NCBI GenBank assembly: GCA_039929265.1
Contig: JBDSRN010000067.1
Location: 1,033-65,032 of the forward strand
Direction: 5' to 3'
From: Steroidobacteraceae bacterium
GTDB lineage: Bacteria > Pseudomonadota > Gammaproteobacteria > Steroidobacterales > Steroidobacteraceae
Length of the DNA stretch: 64,000 nt
A model generated the notes under the pieces. That model searched no databases. It had not been told where the DNA came from and saw only the letters and a list, made by a program, of their open reading frames with translations. How positions within the stretch are numbered: position 1 is the stretch's first letter; every line of letters starts with the position of its first letter. The position numbers and the translations under genes are program-made. Shown one piece after another: positions 39,995 to 50,082 of the stretch.

Positions 39995-40329
39995 CTAAAT
40001 TTCTGCTGCGCGCCGTGGTCGTTGCGCTGGGCCTGTGGGCCGCCACCGAACTGCTGCCGGGTTTCCGCATCGACTCCGCCGGCACGCTGGTTCTCGCCGC
40101 CGTGCTCCTCGGCGTGTGCAACGCCATCGTGCGTCCGCTGCTGGTCCTGCTGACGCTGCCCATCACGCTGCTCACGCTCGGATTGTTCCTGCTGGTGGTT
40201 AACGCGGCAGTACTCGGTCTCGTGGCCGCGCTGCTGCCCGGATTTCACATCGAATCGTTCGGCGCCGCATTCCTCGGCGCACTGCTCGTGGGCTTCATCG
40301 GCTGGGTTGGCTCGCTGATCTTCAAGTAA
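39991..40329 (+). CDS. phage holin family IV / DUF360 (YvlD-like) small membrane protein
   Basis: MTKFLLRAVVVALGLWAATELLPGFRI…NAIVRPLLVLLTLPITLLTLGLFLLVVNA…. The ATG overlaps the upstream stop (ATGA). Confidence 0.65.
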   Translation: MTKFLLRAVVVALGLWAATELLPGFRIDSAGTLVLAAVLLGVCNAIVRPLLVLLTLPITLLTLGLFLLVVNAAVLGLVAALLPGFHIESFGAAFLGALLVGFIGWVGSLIFK

Positions 40330-40357
40330 GGCTCCACGCGTCCGACGTGAGGCCAGC

Positions 40358-41842
40358 TCACTCCACTCCGCCAGTCCACCGCTTCACCAGCGGTGACAGC
40401 AGCAGCAGCGTGAGCGCCGCCACCGCGCCGAACCAGAAGATGGCCATGTACTGACCCGGCATCGCCGCGACATTGCTGGCATCGAAGTCACCGGCGATGC
40501 GGCTCGCGATGAGATTGCCGAGCGACAGGCTGACGAACCACACGCCCATGCTCTGCCCAACGAAGCGCTGCGGCGCGAGTTTGGTCGTCGCGCTCATGCC
40601 GACGGGGCTGAGGCAGAGTTCACCGAGCGTGTGGAAGAAATAAGTGAGGGTGAGCCAGACGGGCCCTGCCATTTCCCCGTCCGCGACGATCTTCGAGGCG
40701 GCGGCCATCACCAGAAAACCCACCGCCATACCGAGCAGGCCGCACACGAACTTGATCGCCACTGGCACGTTGCGACCGCGGCGCGCGAGCAACACCCATA
40801 GCGCGGACAGCAACGGGGCGCACAGGATGATGAATGTCGAATTGAGCGACTGGAACCAGCCGCTCGGAATCTCGAAGCTGCCGATCAATCTGTCCGTATG
40901 GCGCTCGGCAAACAGGTTCAGCGACGAACCTGCCTGCTCGAAGCCTGCCCAGAACACGCTGCTCGCGATGAACAGCACGAGCAGCACGAGCACGCGCCTG
41001 CGTTCAACCCCGTCGAGCCCTGCGAAGCACAGCAGATAGAGGAAGTACGCCGCCGCCATGGCGACGATCACGTTGATGGCGCCGCCCTGCAGTGCCACCG
41101 GCGAGATGGGAACGATGCCTGCCCACACGAGCAAGATCACGACCAGCAGCATCGTTGCGGTCAAGGTGAAGATGAGCCAGTCGCCGCGCGAGCTGCCGGT
41201 AACCCCGGAACGCGAGTGCGGATGCAGTCCCGCGGTGCCGAGATGCCGGCGCGTGCGCACGAACTGTCCCACACCCAACGCCATGCCCACCGCGGCGGCG
41301 AGGAAGCCGATGTGCCATCCGTACCGCTGCGCGAGCGTCGCGGTCATGAGTGGCCCAAACAGACCACCGAGATTCACGCCGAGATAAAAGATCGTGTAGC
41401 CGGCATCGCAGCGCGCGCCGCCTTCCGGATACAATGTTCCGACGAGCGCGCTGATATTGGGCTTTAGCAGTCCGGTGCCGAGCACGATCACCAGCAAGCC
41501 GAAGTAGAACACCGCTGGCGTGCCGGACAGACCCAGCAGCACGTGACCGAGCGCGATCACGAGTCCGCCGATGAGTACCGCAGTCTGGGAGCCCAGTAGC
41601 CGGTCCGCGATCCACCCGCCGGGCAATCCCGCGAGATACACGCCCGCGGTATAGAGGCCGTAGATGGCCGTGGCCGTGCGATCGTCGAGCCCGAAACCGC
41701 CCTCGTTCACCGAATCTACGAGGAACAGCACGAGCAGCGCCCGCATGCCGTAGTAGCTCAGACGCTCCCACATCTCGGTAAAGAACAGCGTCGAGAGTGC
41801 GCGTGGGTGGCCGAAGAAACCACGCTGCGCGGGTGCGGCCAT
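40358..41842 (-). CDS. proton-dependent oligopeptide transporter (POT/PTR2 family)
   Basis: …FFTEMWERLSYYGMRALLVLFL… (ExxERFxYYG-type motif) and about 14 TM segments. Confidence 0.85.
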   Translation of the reverse strand: MAAPAQRGFFGHPRALSTLFFTEMWERLSYYGMRALLVLFLVDSVNEGGFGLDDRTATAIYGLYTAGVYLAGLPGGWIADRLLGSQTAVLIGGLVIALGHVLLGLSGTPAVFYFGLLVIVLGTGLLKPNISALVGTLYPEGGARCDAGYTIFYLGVNLGGLFGPLMTATLAQRYGWHIGFLAAAVGMALGVGQFVRTRRHLGTAGLHPHSRSGVTGSSRGDWLIFTLTATMLLVVILLVWAGIVPISPVALQGGAINVIVAMAAAYFLYLLCFAGLDGVERRRVLVLLVLFIASSVFWAGFEQAGSSLNLFAERHTDRLIGSFEIPSGWFQSLNSTFIILCAPLLSALWVLLARRGRNVPVAIKFVCGLLGMAVGFLVMAAASKIVADGEMAGPVWLTLTYFFHTLGELCLSPVGMSATTKLAPQRFVGQSMGVWFVSLSLGNLIASRIAGDFDASNVAAMPGQYMAIFWFGAVAALTLLLLSPLVKRWTGGVE

Positions 41843-42609
41843 CAGGCGGCCTTGTTCTCTTCTTGCTTCAATCGATCACGCCGGGACTTCACGGTTATGC
41901 GCGCGAAGATGATGCCTGCCTCGTACAGCAGCCACATCGGGAGGGCCATGAACGTCTGCGACAACGCATCCGGAGGCGTGAGGACCGCAGCGATGACGAA
42001 GATGCCGATGATCACGTAACCGCGACTCGACGCCAGCTTCTCGACGCTGACCATTCCGGTGATCGCCATCAGCACCACCGCGATCGGCACCTCGAATGCC
42101 ACGCCGAATGCGAAGAACATCGTGAGCGCGAAATCCAGATAGTTGTTGATGTCCGTCATCATCTGCACGCCGGCCGGTGTGGTGGAGGCGAAGAACTGGA
42201 ACATCAGCGGGAACACGAGGAAGTATGCGAACGCCGCACCCGCATAGAACAGCACGATCGAGGATCCGAGCAGCGGGATTGCGAAGCGCTTTTCGTGCCG
42301 GTACAGGCCGGGTGCGACGAAGCCCCACGCCTCGTAAAGCACGTACGGCATACCGATGAACACCGCCGCGACGAACGCGAGTTTGAACGGCGTGGTGAAC
42401 GGCGACATCACGCTGGTGGCGATCAGGGCGCCATCCTTCGGCAGCTGCTTGAGCAACGGTTCGGCGAGCAGCGTGAAGATGTCGTTAGCGAAGAACGCGC
42501 AGGGTACGAATGCGATGGCAACCACGATGGCCGCACGCACCAGGCGCTGACGCAACTCGAGCAGGTGCGAGAGCAGGGTGCCTTCGACAAGTTTCTCCGG
42601 ATCGCTCAC
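41842..42609 (-). CDS. tatC: twin-arginine translocase subunit TatC
   Basis: …[12 protein letters not shown]…FTLLAEPL…SPFTTPFKL…PGLYRHEKR…. Confidence 0.9.
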   Translation of the reverse strand: MSDPEKLVEGTLLSHLLELRQRLVRAAIVVAIAFVPCAFFANDIFTLLAEPLLKQLPKDGALIATSVMSPFTTPFKLAFVAAVFIGMPYVLYEAWGFVAPGLYRHEKRFAIPLLGSSIVLFYAGAAFAYFLVFPLMFQFFASTTPAGVQMMTDINNYLDFALTMFFAFGVAFEVPIAVVLMAITGMVSVEKLASSRGYVIIGIFVIAAVLTPPDALSQTFMALPMWLLYEAGIIFARITVKSRRDRLKQEENKAA

Positions 42610-43070
42610 GGGCGCTCACCCGTCCGGGTTTCGGGCTTGAAGGCATCGACCTTGTTCGGCGGCTCTTGCGGCGTGGAGGCCTGCTCGGCCAGGGCCATTG
42701 CCTCGGCGGGTTGCGCATCGACCACCGGCACGTGGGCCGGCGAGTAGTACTCGGGGGAAGTCGGATCGTGCGCTGCCGAGTAATCATCGGCCGTCACCGG
42801 GGCGCTCGGCTCCGCTGGCAGTTCCGGTTCGGCGCCGACCGGATCCGGCGCAGGGGTTTCGGTTTGCGTTTTGGGAGGCGCCTTGGGCGTCAGCGCCGCC
42901 TCCAGGTCCACTTCGCTTTCGAGCTGCTCGCGGAACTGGCGCGCCATCGACTTGGCTCGTCCGGCCCACCGCCCCACCTGGGCGGCAAACTTGGGCAGGC
43001 GCTCAGGACCCAGTACGACCAGGGCGATGACGAAAATCAGCAGTACTTCGGAGAACCCGATCTCGAACAT
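42606..43070 (-). CDS. tatB: twin-arginine translocase subunit TatB
   Basis: [27 protein letters not shown]…, followed by a Pro/Ala/Glu-rich tail. Confidence 0.85.
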   Translation of the reverse strand: MFEIGFSEVLLIFVIALVVLGPERLPKFAAQVGRWAGRAKSMARQFREQLESEVDLEAALTPKAPPKTQTETPAPDPVGAEPELPAEPSAPVTADDYSAAHDPTSPEYYSPAHVPVVDAQPAEAMALAEQASTPQEPPNKVDAFKPETRTGERP

Positions 43071-43092
43071 CGCGTGTTACGGGAGCGCTGCC

Positions 43093-43347
43093 TCAGGCAG
43101 CGCGGTTGCTGTCTTTGCTGGTGTCCGCGGTCTTCCTGGACTCCGGGAATTCAGCGTCGGCTTCCGATACCGAGGCCTTGAGCTGCTTGGCAGCTTCCTC
43201 GGCGTCGTTCTCTCCGTCGCCCATGGACTTCTTGAAGCCACGCACTGCAGAGCCGAGATCGCTGCCGATCGTGCGCAGTTTCTTGGTACCGAAAATCACC
43301 AGGACCACCAGCAGGATGATGATCAATTCGCGCATGCCGATGCCCAT
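43093..43347 (-). CDS. tatA: twin-arginine translocase subunit TatA
   Basis: …ELIIILLVVLVIFGTKKLRTIGSDLGSAVRGFKKSM…. Confidence 0.9.
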   Translation of the reverse strand: MGIGMRELIIILLVVLVIFGTKKLRTIGSDLGSAVRGFKKSMGDGENDAEEAAKQLKASVSEADAEFPESRKTADTSKDSNRAA

Positions 43348-43432
43348 GATCGCGCGCTCCTGTTCCGAAACGGTTGAGGGAAGGAATCATAGGTCAAATG
43401 GGTCCGGGAGGCTCGTTAATCCGGGATTTTGT

Positions 43433-43894
43433 TCAGGTTTCCAGCCAGAACGTGACAGGGCCGTCATTCACCAGGGCGAGCTCCATATGGGCGCCGAAAC
43501 GCCCCTGCGCCACCCGCCCGGGGCCCCCCGGATGCAGCATCTCGGCTTGTGCGACGACCTGCCCGAACAGGGCGCCGGCCCGCTCCGGCGCGGCGGCCGT
43601 GGTGAAGCTTGCGCGTGTGCCGCTGCGGGTGTCGGCGGCCAGGGTGAACTGCGGCACAAGCAGGAGTCCGCCGCCGGTCTGCGCCAGGCTGAGGTTCATG
43701 CGGGGGTGGCCGTCTGGTCCTACCTCCTCGAACAAGCGATAACCCAGCATCCGCTCCACCAGTCGCCTGGCTTCTGGCGCATTGTCATCCGCGCTCACGC
43801 CGATGAGCGCAAGGATGCCGGCATCGATTGCACCGATGAGCTGTCCGTCGACGCTGACGCTGGCGCGCGAGACTCGTTGCAGCAGCGCGATCAT
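43433..43894 (-). CDS. dtd: D-aminoacyl-tRNA deacylase
   Basis: MIALLQRVSRASVSVDGQLIGAIDAGILALIGV…SQFTLAAD…GPVTFWLE. Confidence 0.9.
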   Translation of the reverse strand: MIALLQRVSRASVSVDGQLIGAIDAGILALIGVSADDNAPEARRLVERMLGYRLFEEVGPDGHPRMNLSLAQTGGGLLLVPQFTLAADTRSGTRASFTTAAAPERAGALFGQVVAQAEMLHPGGPGRVAQGRFGAHMELALVNDGPVTFWLET

Positions 43895-44020
43895 GGCTAC
43901 TAACCCATCGTAAGTTGGCGTAATGGTGGCATTTTGCAGCTTCGGTACGTAAGATTTCGGCGCCGCTGCCGTCCTGATCCTCAGGACCGTCGCGCATCTC
44001 TTTCCTGCGGAGCTTTCGGT

Positions 44021-44644
44021 ATGCGGATGTCGGTTCGTTCACTCGCCGTGCTGGCCTTGACCCTGTCTGCGGCCACCACAGCGGTCCACGCTGCCGGGGA
44101 TCCGGCCCGCGGCAAGACGATTGGCTACACCTGCCTCGGTTGTCACGGCGTGGTCGCGTACAAGAACGTCTATCCAACCTACAGCGTGCCCAAGCTCGCC
44201 GGCCAGCATCCCGAATACCTCGCCGCCGCGCTGAAAGGCTACAAGACGAGCCAGCGCTCGCACGCCACGATGCACGCACAGGCTGCCTCCATGTCCGATC
44301 AGGACATCGAAGATGTAGCCGCCTATTTCGCCGGCACGGCGCTGAAGCCGACCACTGGCGGCACGGGCACCGCGCCTGCCGCGCTCGCCACCTGCGTGTC
44401 CTGCCACGGCAAGGATGGCGTCGGCCTTACCCCCGACTACCCGACCCTGTCGGGCCAGTACGCCGACTACCTCGAGCGCGCGCTCGAGGAATACAAGAAG
44501 GGCGCACGCCGCAATCCGATCATGCTGGGCTTCGCCAGCACGCTGAAGCCCGAAGAAATGAAGGCGCTCGGCGAGTACTACGCGAAGCAGCGCCCGCAGC
44601 TCGAGACGCTGCCGCGTCGCACCTCGATCCTTTCCAGGAAGTAG
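44021..44644 (+). CDS. dihaem cytochrome c4
   Basis: Signal peptide from ATG 44021. Two CxxCH haem motifs (CLGCHG, CVSCHG), each followed by the …P.LAGQ/LSGQ…Y… c4-type repeat. Confidence 0.85.
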   Translation: MRMSVRSLAVLALTLSAATTAVHAAGDPARGKTIGYTCLGCHGVVAYKNVYPTYSVPKLAGQHPEYLAAALKGYKTSQRSHATMHAQAASMSDQDIEDVAAYFAGTALKPTTGGTGTAPAALATCVSCHGKDGVGLTPDYPTLSGQYADYLERALEEYKKGARRNPIMLGFASTLKPEEMKALGEYYAKQRPQLETLPRRTSILSRK

Positions 44645-44645
44645 T

Positions 44646-46601
44646 TTACTTCGCCAGCTTCGACAGAAACGTCACCACGGTTTCCAGGTAGACGTCGCGG
44701 TTGGTTTTCTTGCGGAACCCGTGACCTTCGTCTTTCGCGGCGAGATACCAGACCTCACCCTTGTTCGCGCGGATCCGCAGCAGCATCTGCTCGGATTCGC
44801 TCGCGGGCACACGCGGATCGTTCAGTCCCTGCACGATCAGCAGCGGACGACGGATCGCGGTCGCATTGGTGAGCGGCGAGATGCGTTGCAGGAACGCGCG
44901 CATCGAGGCATCGCGCTCGTTGCCGTACTCGGCGCGACGCAGATCCTGTCGGTATGGCGAGGTGTTCTCGAGAAAGCTGACGAAGTTGGAGATGCCCACG
45001 GTGTCGATGCCGCCGGCGAGGCGATCGCTGTACTGCACGAGCGACGCCAACGTCATGTAGCCCCCGTACGAGCCACCCATCACGATCACGCGATTGCGAT
45101 CGAGGCCGGGCTGCAGGCCAATCCACACCAGCAGTGAGCCGATGTCGCGCACCGCGTCCTCGCGCAATCGACCGTCATCGAGCGCCATGAACGACTTGCC
45201 GTAGCCGCTCGAGCCGCGCACGTTGGGCGCTATTACCACGTAGCCGAGCTCGTTCACGAGAAATTGCCGGAACGCGTCGTAGGCGGGGCGGAACTGCGAC
45301 TCGGGCCCGCCATGGATGTCGATGATCACGGGAAGCGGCGCGCTGGTGGCCTGCGGGCGATACAAGAAGGCGGGTATCTGCCGCGAATCCCAGGTCGGAA
45401 ACTTCACGGCCTCGGCCGGCACGAAAGTGTTGAGTTCGACCGGGCCCGGCTCGCTCTGCGTCCAGCGCGCGAGCGTGCCGGCTTCAAGCTCGTACACGTA
45501 AATGTCACGCGGGGCCTGCGCGGTCTCGACCGAAAGGGCGAGGCGCCTGCCGGTGCGATCGATTCCCAGCGAGGCGATGATTGCACCGGCGGGCAGGCCT
45601 GCGGGCGAGAGCTCGAGCTTCTTCTGCTGATCCGAGACGGTGAGCTTGCTGATGCCGTCGACGTTCGTCGTCCACGCGAGGAAGCGACCGTCGCGGCTCA
45701 CGTCGAACTGCTCGACGTCGCCGCGCGCTTCCGCTGAGACATCACTGCTCGCGCCGGTGAACAGGTCGAAGCTGCGCAGACGCTCAAACTCGCCGCCGCT
45801 GTCCGTGATCGCCAGCACGCTGCGGCCATCCGGTGAGAAGCGGGCGGCGATCACGTTGACGCGCTTGCCCGCCGGCTTCGCGCCCTTCTTCGGCGGGGCG
45901 GCTTCGACTGGCTCGATCGCCGTCAGCTCGCCGGTGGCGACATCCACGCTGTACAGAGAGCTTTCGGTGAGCGAGGTGTAGCGAAGCGCGAGCAGCTTCT
46001 GATCATCGAGCGACCAGTCCTGCACATACCAGGCATCGCTCTGGCCACCGAGCACCAGGCGCGGCGGCGCGGCGAGCGTGGTGTCGAGCACGTACAGATC
46101 GTAGCCGCGCGGGTCGCGCACATTGCTCTGGTAGGCGATGCGCTTGCCGTCGTGCGCCCACACCGGCTTGCCGTTCAGGGACTTGCCGTCGCTGAGCTGG
46201 CGGGTGGAGTTGTCGAGCAGCTTGCGCAGGTAGATCTGCGTGTTCTCGTTGCCACCGCTGTCCTTCAGGAACACGAATCCGTCGGGAGCGAACGGCATTG
46301 CGACGGCGCTTCGCACCGGGTCCTTGTAAAAGGTGACCTGCTCGCGCTGATCGAGCGGGGCCTTCAGACGATGCAGCTGCTCCGAGTCGCCGAAGCGCGT
46401 GCTCACGAGCAGGCTGCCGTCGGCGAGCCAGTCCACGAATGTGGCCTGGCGACCTGCGAGATAATTGCCCAGACGCTCGCTGAGCACGGGATCCTGTGCC
46501 GGGATGCCGTCGAGGATGAGGTTGCCCTGGTCCACGCGCGCGGCGCCCGCGATGCCCGTCACGAGTAGCGTGATCAAGGCGAAGGCTGTGGAATGCTTCA
46601 T
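44646..46601 (-). CDS. S9 family (prolyl oligopeptidase/dipeptidyl peptidase-like) serine peptidase with beta-propeller
   Basis: Signal peptide MKHSTAFALITLLVTGIAGAA, a TolB-like propeller region, and a catalytic GGSYGGYM elbow with downstream D and H regions. Confidence 0.85.
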   Translation of the reverse strand: MKHSTAFALITLLVTGIAGAARVDQGNLILDGIPAQDPVLSERLGNYLAGRQATFVDWLADGSLLVSTRFGDSEQLHRLKAPLDQREQVTFYKDPVRSAVAMPFAPDGFVFLKDSGGNENTQIYLRKLLDNSTRQLSDGKSLNGKPVWAHDGKRIAYQSNVRDPRGYDLYVLDTTLAAPPRLVLGGQSDAWYVQDWSLDDQKLLALRYTSLTESSLYSVDVATGELTAIEPVEAAPPKKGAKPAGKRVNVIAARFSPDGRSVLAITDSGGEFERLRSFDLFTGASSDVSAEARGDVEQFDVSRDGRFLAWTTNVDGISKLTVSDQQKKLELSPAGLPAGAIIASLGIDRTGRRLALSVETAQAPRDIYVYELEAGTLARWTQSEPGPVELNTFVPAEAVKFPTWDSRQIPAFLYRPQATSAPLPVIIDIHGGPESQFRPAYDAFRQFLVNELGYVVIAPNVRGSSGYGKSFMALDDGRLREDAVRDIGSLLVWIGLQPGLDRNRVIVMGGSYGGYMTLASLVQYSDRLAGGIDTVGISNFVSFLENTSPYRQDLRRAEYGNERDASMRAFLQRISPLTNATAIRRPLLIVQGLNDPRVPASESEQMLLRIRANKGEVWYLAAKDEGHGFRKKTNRDVYLETVVTFLSKLAK

Positions 46602-46615
46602 GTAGTCTGAATAAC

Positions 46616-47584
46616 ATGCCAGCACTGCTACGTCATCCGCACGGCATCACGGCCATCGACACTTTGTACGTGCGGCCGAACCTCGACGCCGCGCACGTGC
46701 TCGTGCATGAAGACCACGCCGCAATCATCGACACGGGCACCAGTCACTCCGTGCCAGAACTGGTCAAGGCACTGCGCGAGCTCGAAGTGCTGCCGGAAAA
46801 CGTGGATTACGTGCTGCTCACGCACATCCATCTGGATCATGCAGGCGGCGCCGGTGCGTTGCTGCGCTACCTGCCGAACGCGCGTGTGGTCGTGCATCCG
46901 CACGGCGCCGCGCACATGAACGAGCCGGGCAAGCTGATTGCCGCCACCATCGCGGTGTATGGCGAGAAGGCGTATCGCTCGCTGTACGGGGAGATCGTGC
47001 CGATCCCCGCGGCGCGCATCCTCCAGACCCAGGACGGCATGACACTGTCGCTGCAGAGCCGCGAGCTCACGTTCCTGCACACGCCCGGCCATGCGCTGCA
47101 TCACTACTGCATCTGGGATCCGACTTCGCGCTGCGTGTTCTCCGGCGACACCTTCGGCCTGTCGTATCGCGAGTTCGACACTGCGCGCGGCGCGCTGATC
47201 CTGCCGGCCACCACGCCGACGCAGTTCGATCCCGCGCAGCTCGAGAATTCGATCGACCGGCTGCTCGCGCTGCAGCCCGAGTGCATCTATCTCACACACT
47301 ACAGCCGGGTGACCGACATCCCGCGCCTGGGCCGCGACCTGAAGGCGCAGATCCGCCAGTTCGTGCGCATCGCGCGTTCGCATGCAGCCGACGCCGCTCC
47401 TTATGATGGCATCCGCGCCGACCTGCGCGGTCTGTGGCTGCGGCTCATGGTCGAGCATGGCTGCGACATGAACGAGGCGCGATTCGACGCGTTGCTGGAG
47501 CTGGATCTCGACCTCAATGCTCAGGGCCTCGATTATTGGCTGAAGCGCGAATCCGCACAGAAGGTGCCGCTGCTCGCCGGTTGA
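46616..47584 (+). CDS. MBL-fold metallo-hydrolase
   Basis: THIHLDHAGG (HxHxDH motif) plus a downstream HTPGH. Confidence 0.8.
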   Translation: MPALLRHPHGITAIDTLYVRPNLDAAHVLVHEDHAAIIDTGTSHSVPELVKALRELEVLPENVDYVLLTHIHLDHAGGAGALLRYLPNARVVVHPHGAAHMNEPGKLIAATIAVYGEKAYRSLYGEIVPIPAARILQTQDGMTLSLQSRELTFLHTPGHALHHYCIWDPTSRCVFSGDTFGLSYREFDTARGALILPATTPTQFDPAQLENSIDRLLALQPECIYLTHYSRVTDIPRLGRDLKAQIRQFVRIARSHAADAAPYDGIRADLRGLWLRLMVEHGCDMNEARFDALLELDLDLNAQGLDYWLKRESAQKVPLLAG

Positions 47585-47639
47585 CACCCACGGCCTCGAA
47601 GCGTGACCCTGCGCCTCCTCCCGCCGCGAGCACAGCGTC

Positions 47640-48629
47640 ATGACCGCATTCCGCGCCTTTCGCATCCACGAGGAAGAGAAGAAAATCGTCGCTCGATTCG
47701 AGCAGCTCACGCTCGATCATCTGTCTGCGGGCGACGTGGTGATCCGCGTCGAGTACTCGGACATCAACTACAAGGACGCGCTCGCCGCGACCGGTGCCGG
47801 CAGGATCCTGCGCAAGTACCCGCTCGTCGGCGGCATCGATCTCGCGGGCACGGTCGAGTCCTCCAGTGATGCGCGCTTCAAGAAGGGCGACGCCGTGCTG
47901 GTCACCGGCTGCGGCCTCTCCGAAACGCACGACGGGGGTTATGCGCAGTTCGCGCGCGTGCCCGGAGAATGCGTCATCGCGATGCCGCCGGGCCTCGATT
48001 CGATCACCGCGATGTCGCTCGGGACCGCGGGATTCACGGCGGCGTATGCGATCCAAAAGATGGAGCTGAACGGGCAGAAGCCGGCCAACGGTCCCGTGGT
48101 CGTGAACGGCGCGACCGGCGGTGTCGGCAGCATCGCGATCGACATGCTCGCGGGTCGCGGCTACGACGTCACCGCGATCACCGGTAAAGAGGAATCGAGC
48201 GATTACCTGATGAGCCTCGGTGCGAAGCACGTGCTGCTGAGGAAAGACATCGACTACGGCAGCAAGCCGCTCGAGCGCGCGCGCTGGGCCGGCGCGATCG
48301 ACAGCGTCGGCGGCGACATGCTCACCTGGTTCACGCGCACGATGGAGAACTGGGGCAACATCGCCAGCATCGGAATGGCCGGCGGGTCGAACCTCAACAC
48401 CACCGTGCTGCCTTTCATCCTGCGCGGCGTCAATCTTCTCGGCATCAACTCTTCGGCGACGCGACGCGAGCCGCGCCTGGACATCTGGAAGCGCATCGCC
48501 ACCGATCTCAAGCCGCGGCATCTCGATCGCATTGTCACGCAGCGCATCAAGCTCGAAGCGCTGCCTCAGGCATTCGATGCCTACATCAAAGGCACCGTAA
48601 CGGGCCGCACCGTCGTGGAGGTCGGCTGA
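47640..48629 (+). CDS. YhdH/AcuI-family NADPH-dependent quinone/acrylyl-CoA oxidoreductase (MDR superfamily)
   Basis: …INYKDALAATGAGRILRKYPLVGGIDLAGTV…GYAQFARVP…VNGATGGVGSIA…. Confidence 0.85.
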   Translation: MTAFRAFRIHEEEKKIVARFEQLTLDHLSAGDVVIRVEYSDINYKDALAATGAGRILRKYPLVGGIDLAGTVESSSDARFKKGDAVLVTGCGLSETHDGGYAQFARVPGECVIAMPPGLDSITAMSLGTAGFTAAYAIQKMELNGQKPANGPVVVNGATGGVGSIAIDMLAGRGYDVTAITGKEESSDYLMSLGAKHVLLRKDIDYGSKPLERARWAGAIDSVGGDMLTWFTRTMENWGNIASIGMAGGSNLNTTVLPFILRGVNLLGINSSATRREPRLDIWKRIATDLKPRHLDRIVTQRIKLEALPQAFDAYIKGTVTGRTVVEVG

Positions 48630-48733
48630 CGCATCCGGTCGACTTCACGCTCGCACCGCCGGCGGCGGATGCCGCCGCGCTCGACGGCGCGCGCAGTGTT
48701 CTATTCGATGCACTCGCTGCCGCGCTGAATGCC

Positions 48734-49432
48734 TTGCTCAGTGGGCAGTGCGCGCACCTGTTCGGACCGCCGTTGCAGGGCATGACGATGCCCGGCGGGG
48801 CGCGGATCCCCGGCACGTCGCTCGAGCTCGATCCGGTGCAGGCGGCATTCAGTCTCGGCCTGCTGCTGCGCTGGCATGCGCACGAAGGCGACCACTGCGC
48901 CGATACGCTCGGTCCGCTGCTGGCGGTGTTCGACTATCGTGCGCGACAGGCGGTGCACTCGGGTGAGCCGGCGCCGCTGATGAGCGCCTTGCTGCGCGCG
49001 AGCATCACCGCCCAGGCGCTGCAGAACCGCATCGACAGCGACGATGCCGGCACGCGCCTGCGCGCGGCGTGCGCATTGCTCGGCACCGCAGCGCTGGGTG
49101 GCAGCGCCGCGCAACTGCATGCGGCATTGAACGACAGCCTGCGCGACGGCGTCGAACCCGCGCGCCGCTGGCGCGTTGCCAATGCGGGCAGCCGCGGCGT
49201 GTGGCATGCGCTGATGGCGATGCGCGGCGCCGGTGACGAGGCGATTGCGCATACACTGCGCGCGGCGACGCCGCCCGCGCAGGCCGATCATGCGGGCGCG
49301 CGCGAGCGCCTGAATGCCGCGATCACTGCAACCTTTCCGCCACGCCAGGTCACGAAAATCAACGCAACACTCGTACTGCCTGCCGAGGATCTGCGCGTCG
49401 GCGAATTCCTCGCGCGTTTCGTGCGCAATTGA
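48734..49432 (+). CDS. hypothetical protein (start uncertain)
   Basis: Ala/Leu-rich ORF whose stop overlaps the rsmG start. The coding-like frame continues 36 codons upstream to a CTG at 48626 that overlaps the acuI-like stop, but no ATG/GTG/TTG occurs there. I do not recognise the family. Confidence 0.4.
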   Translation: MLSGQCAHLFGPPLQGMTMPGGARIPGTSLELDPVQAAFSLGLLLRWHAHEGDHCADTLGPLLAVFDYRARQAVHSGEPAPLMSALLRASITAQALQNRIDSDDAGTRLRAACALLGTAALGGSAAQLHAALNDSLRDGVEPARRWRVANAGSRGVWHALMAMRGAGDEAIAHTLRAATPPAQADHAGARERLNAAITATFPPRQVTKINATLVLPAEDLRVGEFLARFVRN

Positions 49433-50082
49433 TGGCGACGCCGCAACGCATCGATGCGATCGCGCAGGGCGCGACGCTACTGCACGTGCCGCTGGTCGCG
49501 GGCGATGCGGCAAGACTGTCGCGACTCATCGATGAGCTGCTGCATTGGAACCGCGCCCACAACCTCACCTCGCTGACGGATCCCGACGCGATCGTCACGC
49601 ATCACATTCTCGACAGCCTGTCCGCGCACGCGGACCTCGCGGGCGCGCGCATCGCGGACGTCGGCACGGGCGGTGGCTTCCCGGGCCTGCCGCTCGCGCT
49701 TGCGAATCCGTCGCGCCAGTTCACGCTGATTGATTCGAATGCGAAGAAGCTGAGCTTCGTCGCACACGCGGCGCACGAGCTCGGCCTCACCAACGTGCGC
49801 ACCGAGCACGACCGCGTCGAGAAGCTACGCCCGCTGCAGCCCTACGACACCGTGATCACGCGCGCGTTCGCGCCGCTGTCAGTGCAGCTGAAACTGCTGA
49901 GCCCGGTGGTCGCGCTCGCGACGCGGGTTGTCGCGATGAAGGGTCGCTGGCCAGAGAAGGGCGGCAGCGAGGAGATTCCACGCGGCTGGCGCCTGCTGGA
50001 GATGCGACGTGTGACGGTGCCAAGGCTCGACGCCGAGCGCCACATCCTCATCCTGCAACGCGATAGACTTCAGCCGTCATGA
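49432..50082 (+). CDS. rsmG: 16S rRNA (guanine527-N7)-methyltransferase
   Basis: …[12 protein letters not shown]…[16 protein letters not shown]…, located directly upstream of parAB. Confidence 0.9.
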   Translation: MATPQRIDAIAQGATLLHVPLVAGDAARLSRLIDELLHWNRAHNLTSLTDPDAIVTHHILDSLSAHADLAGARIADVGTGGGFPGLPLALANPSRQFTLIDSNAKKLSFVAHAAHELGLTNVRTEHDRVEKLRPLQPYDTVITRAFAPLSVQLKLLSPVVALATRVVAMKGRWPEKGGSEEIPRGWRLLEMRRVTVPRLDAERHILILQRDRLQPS

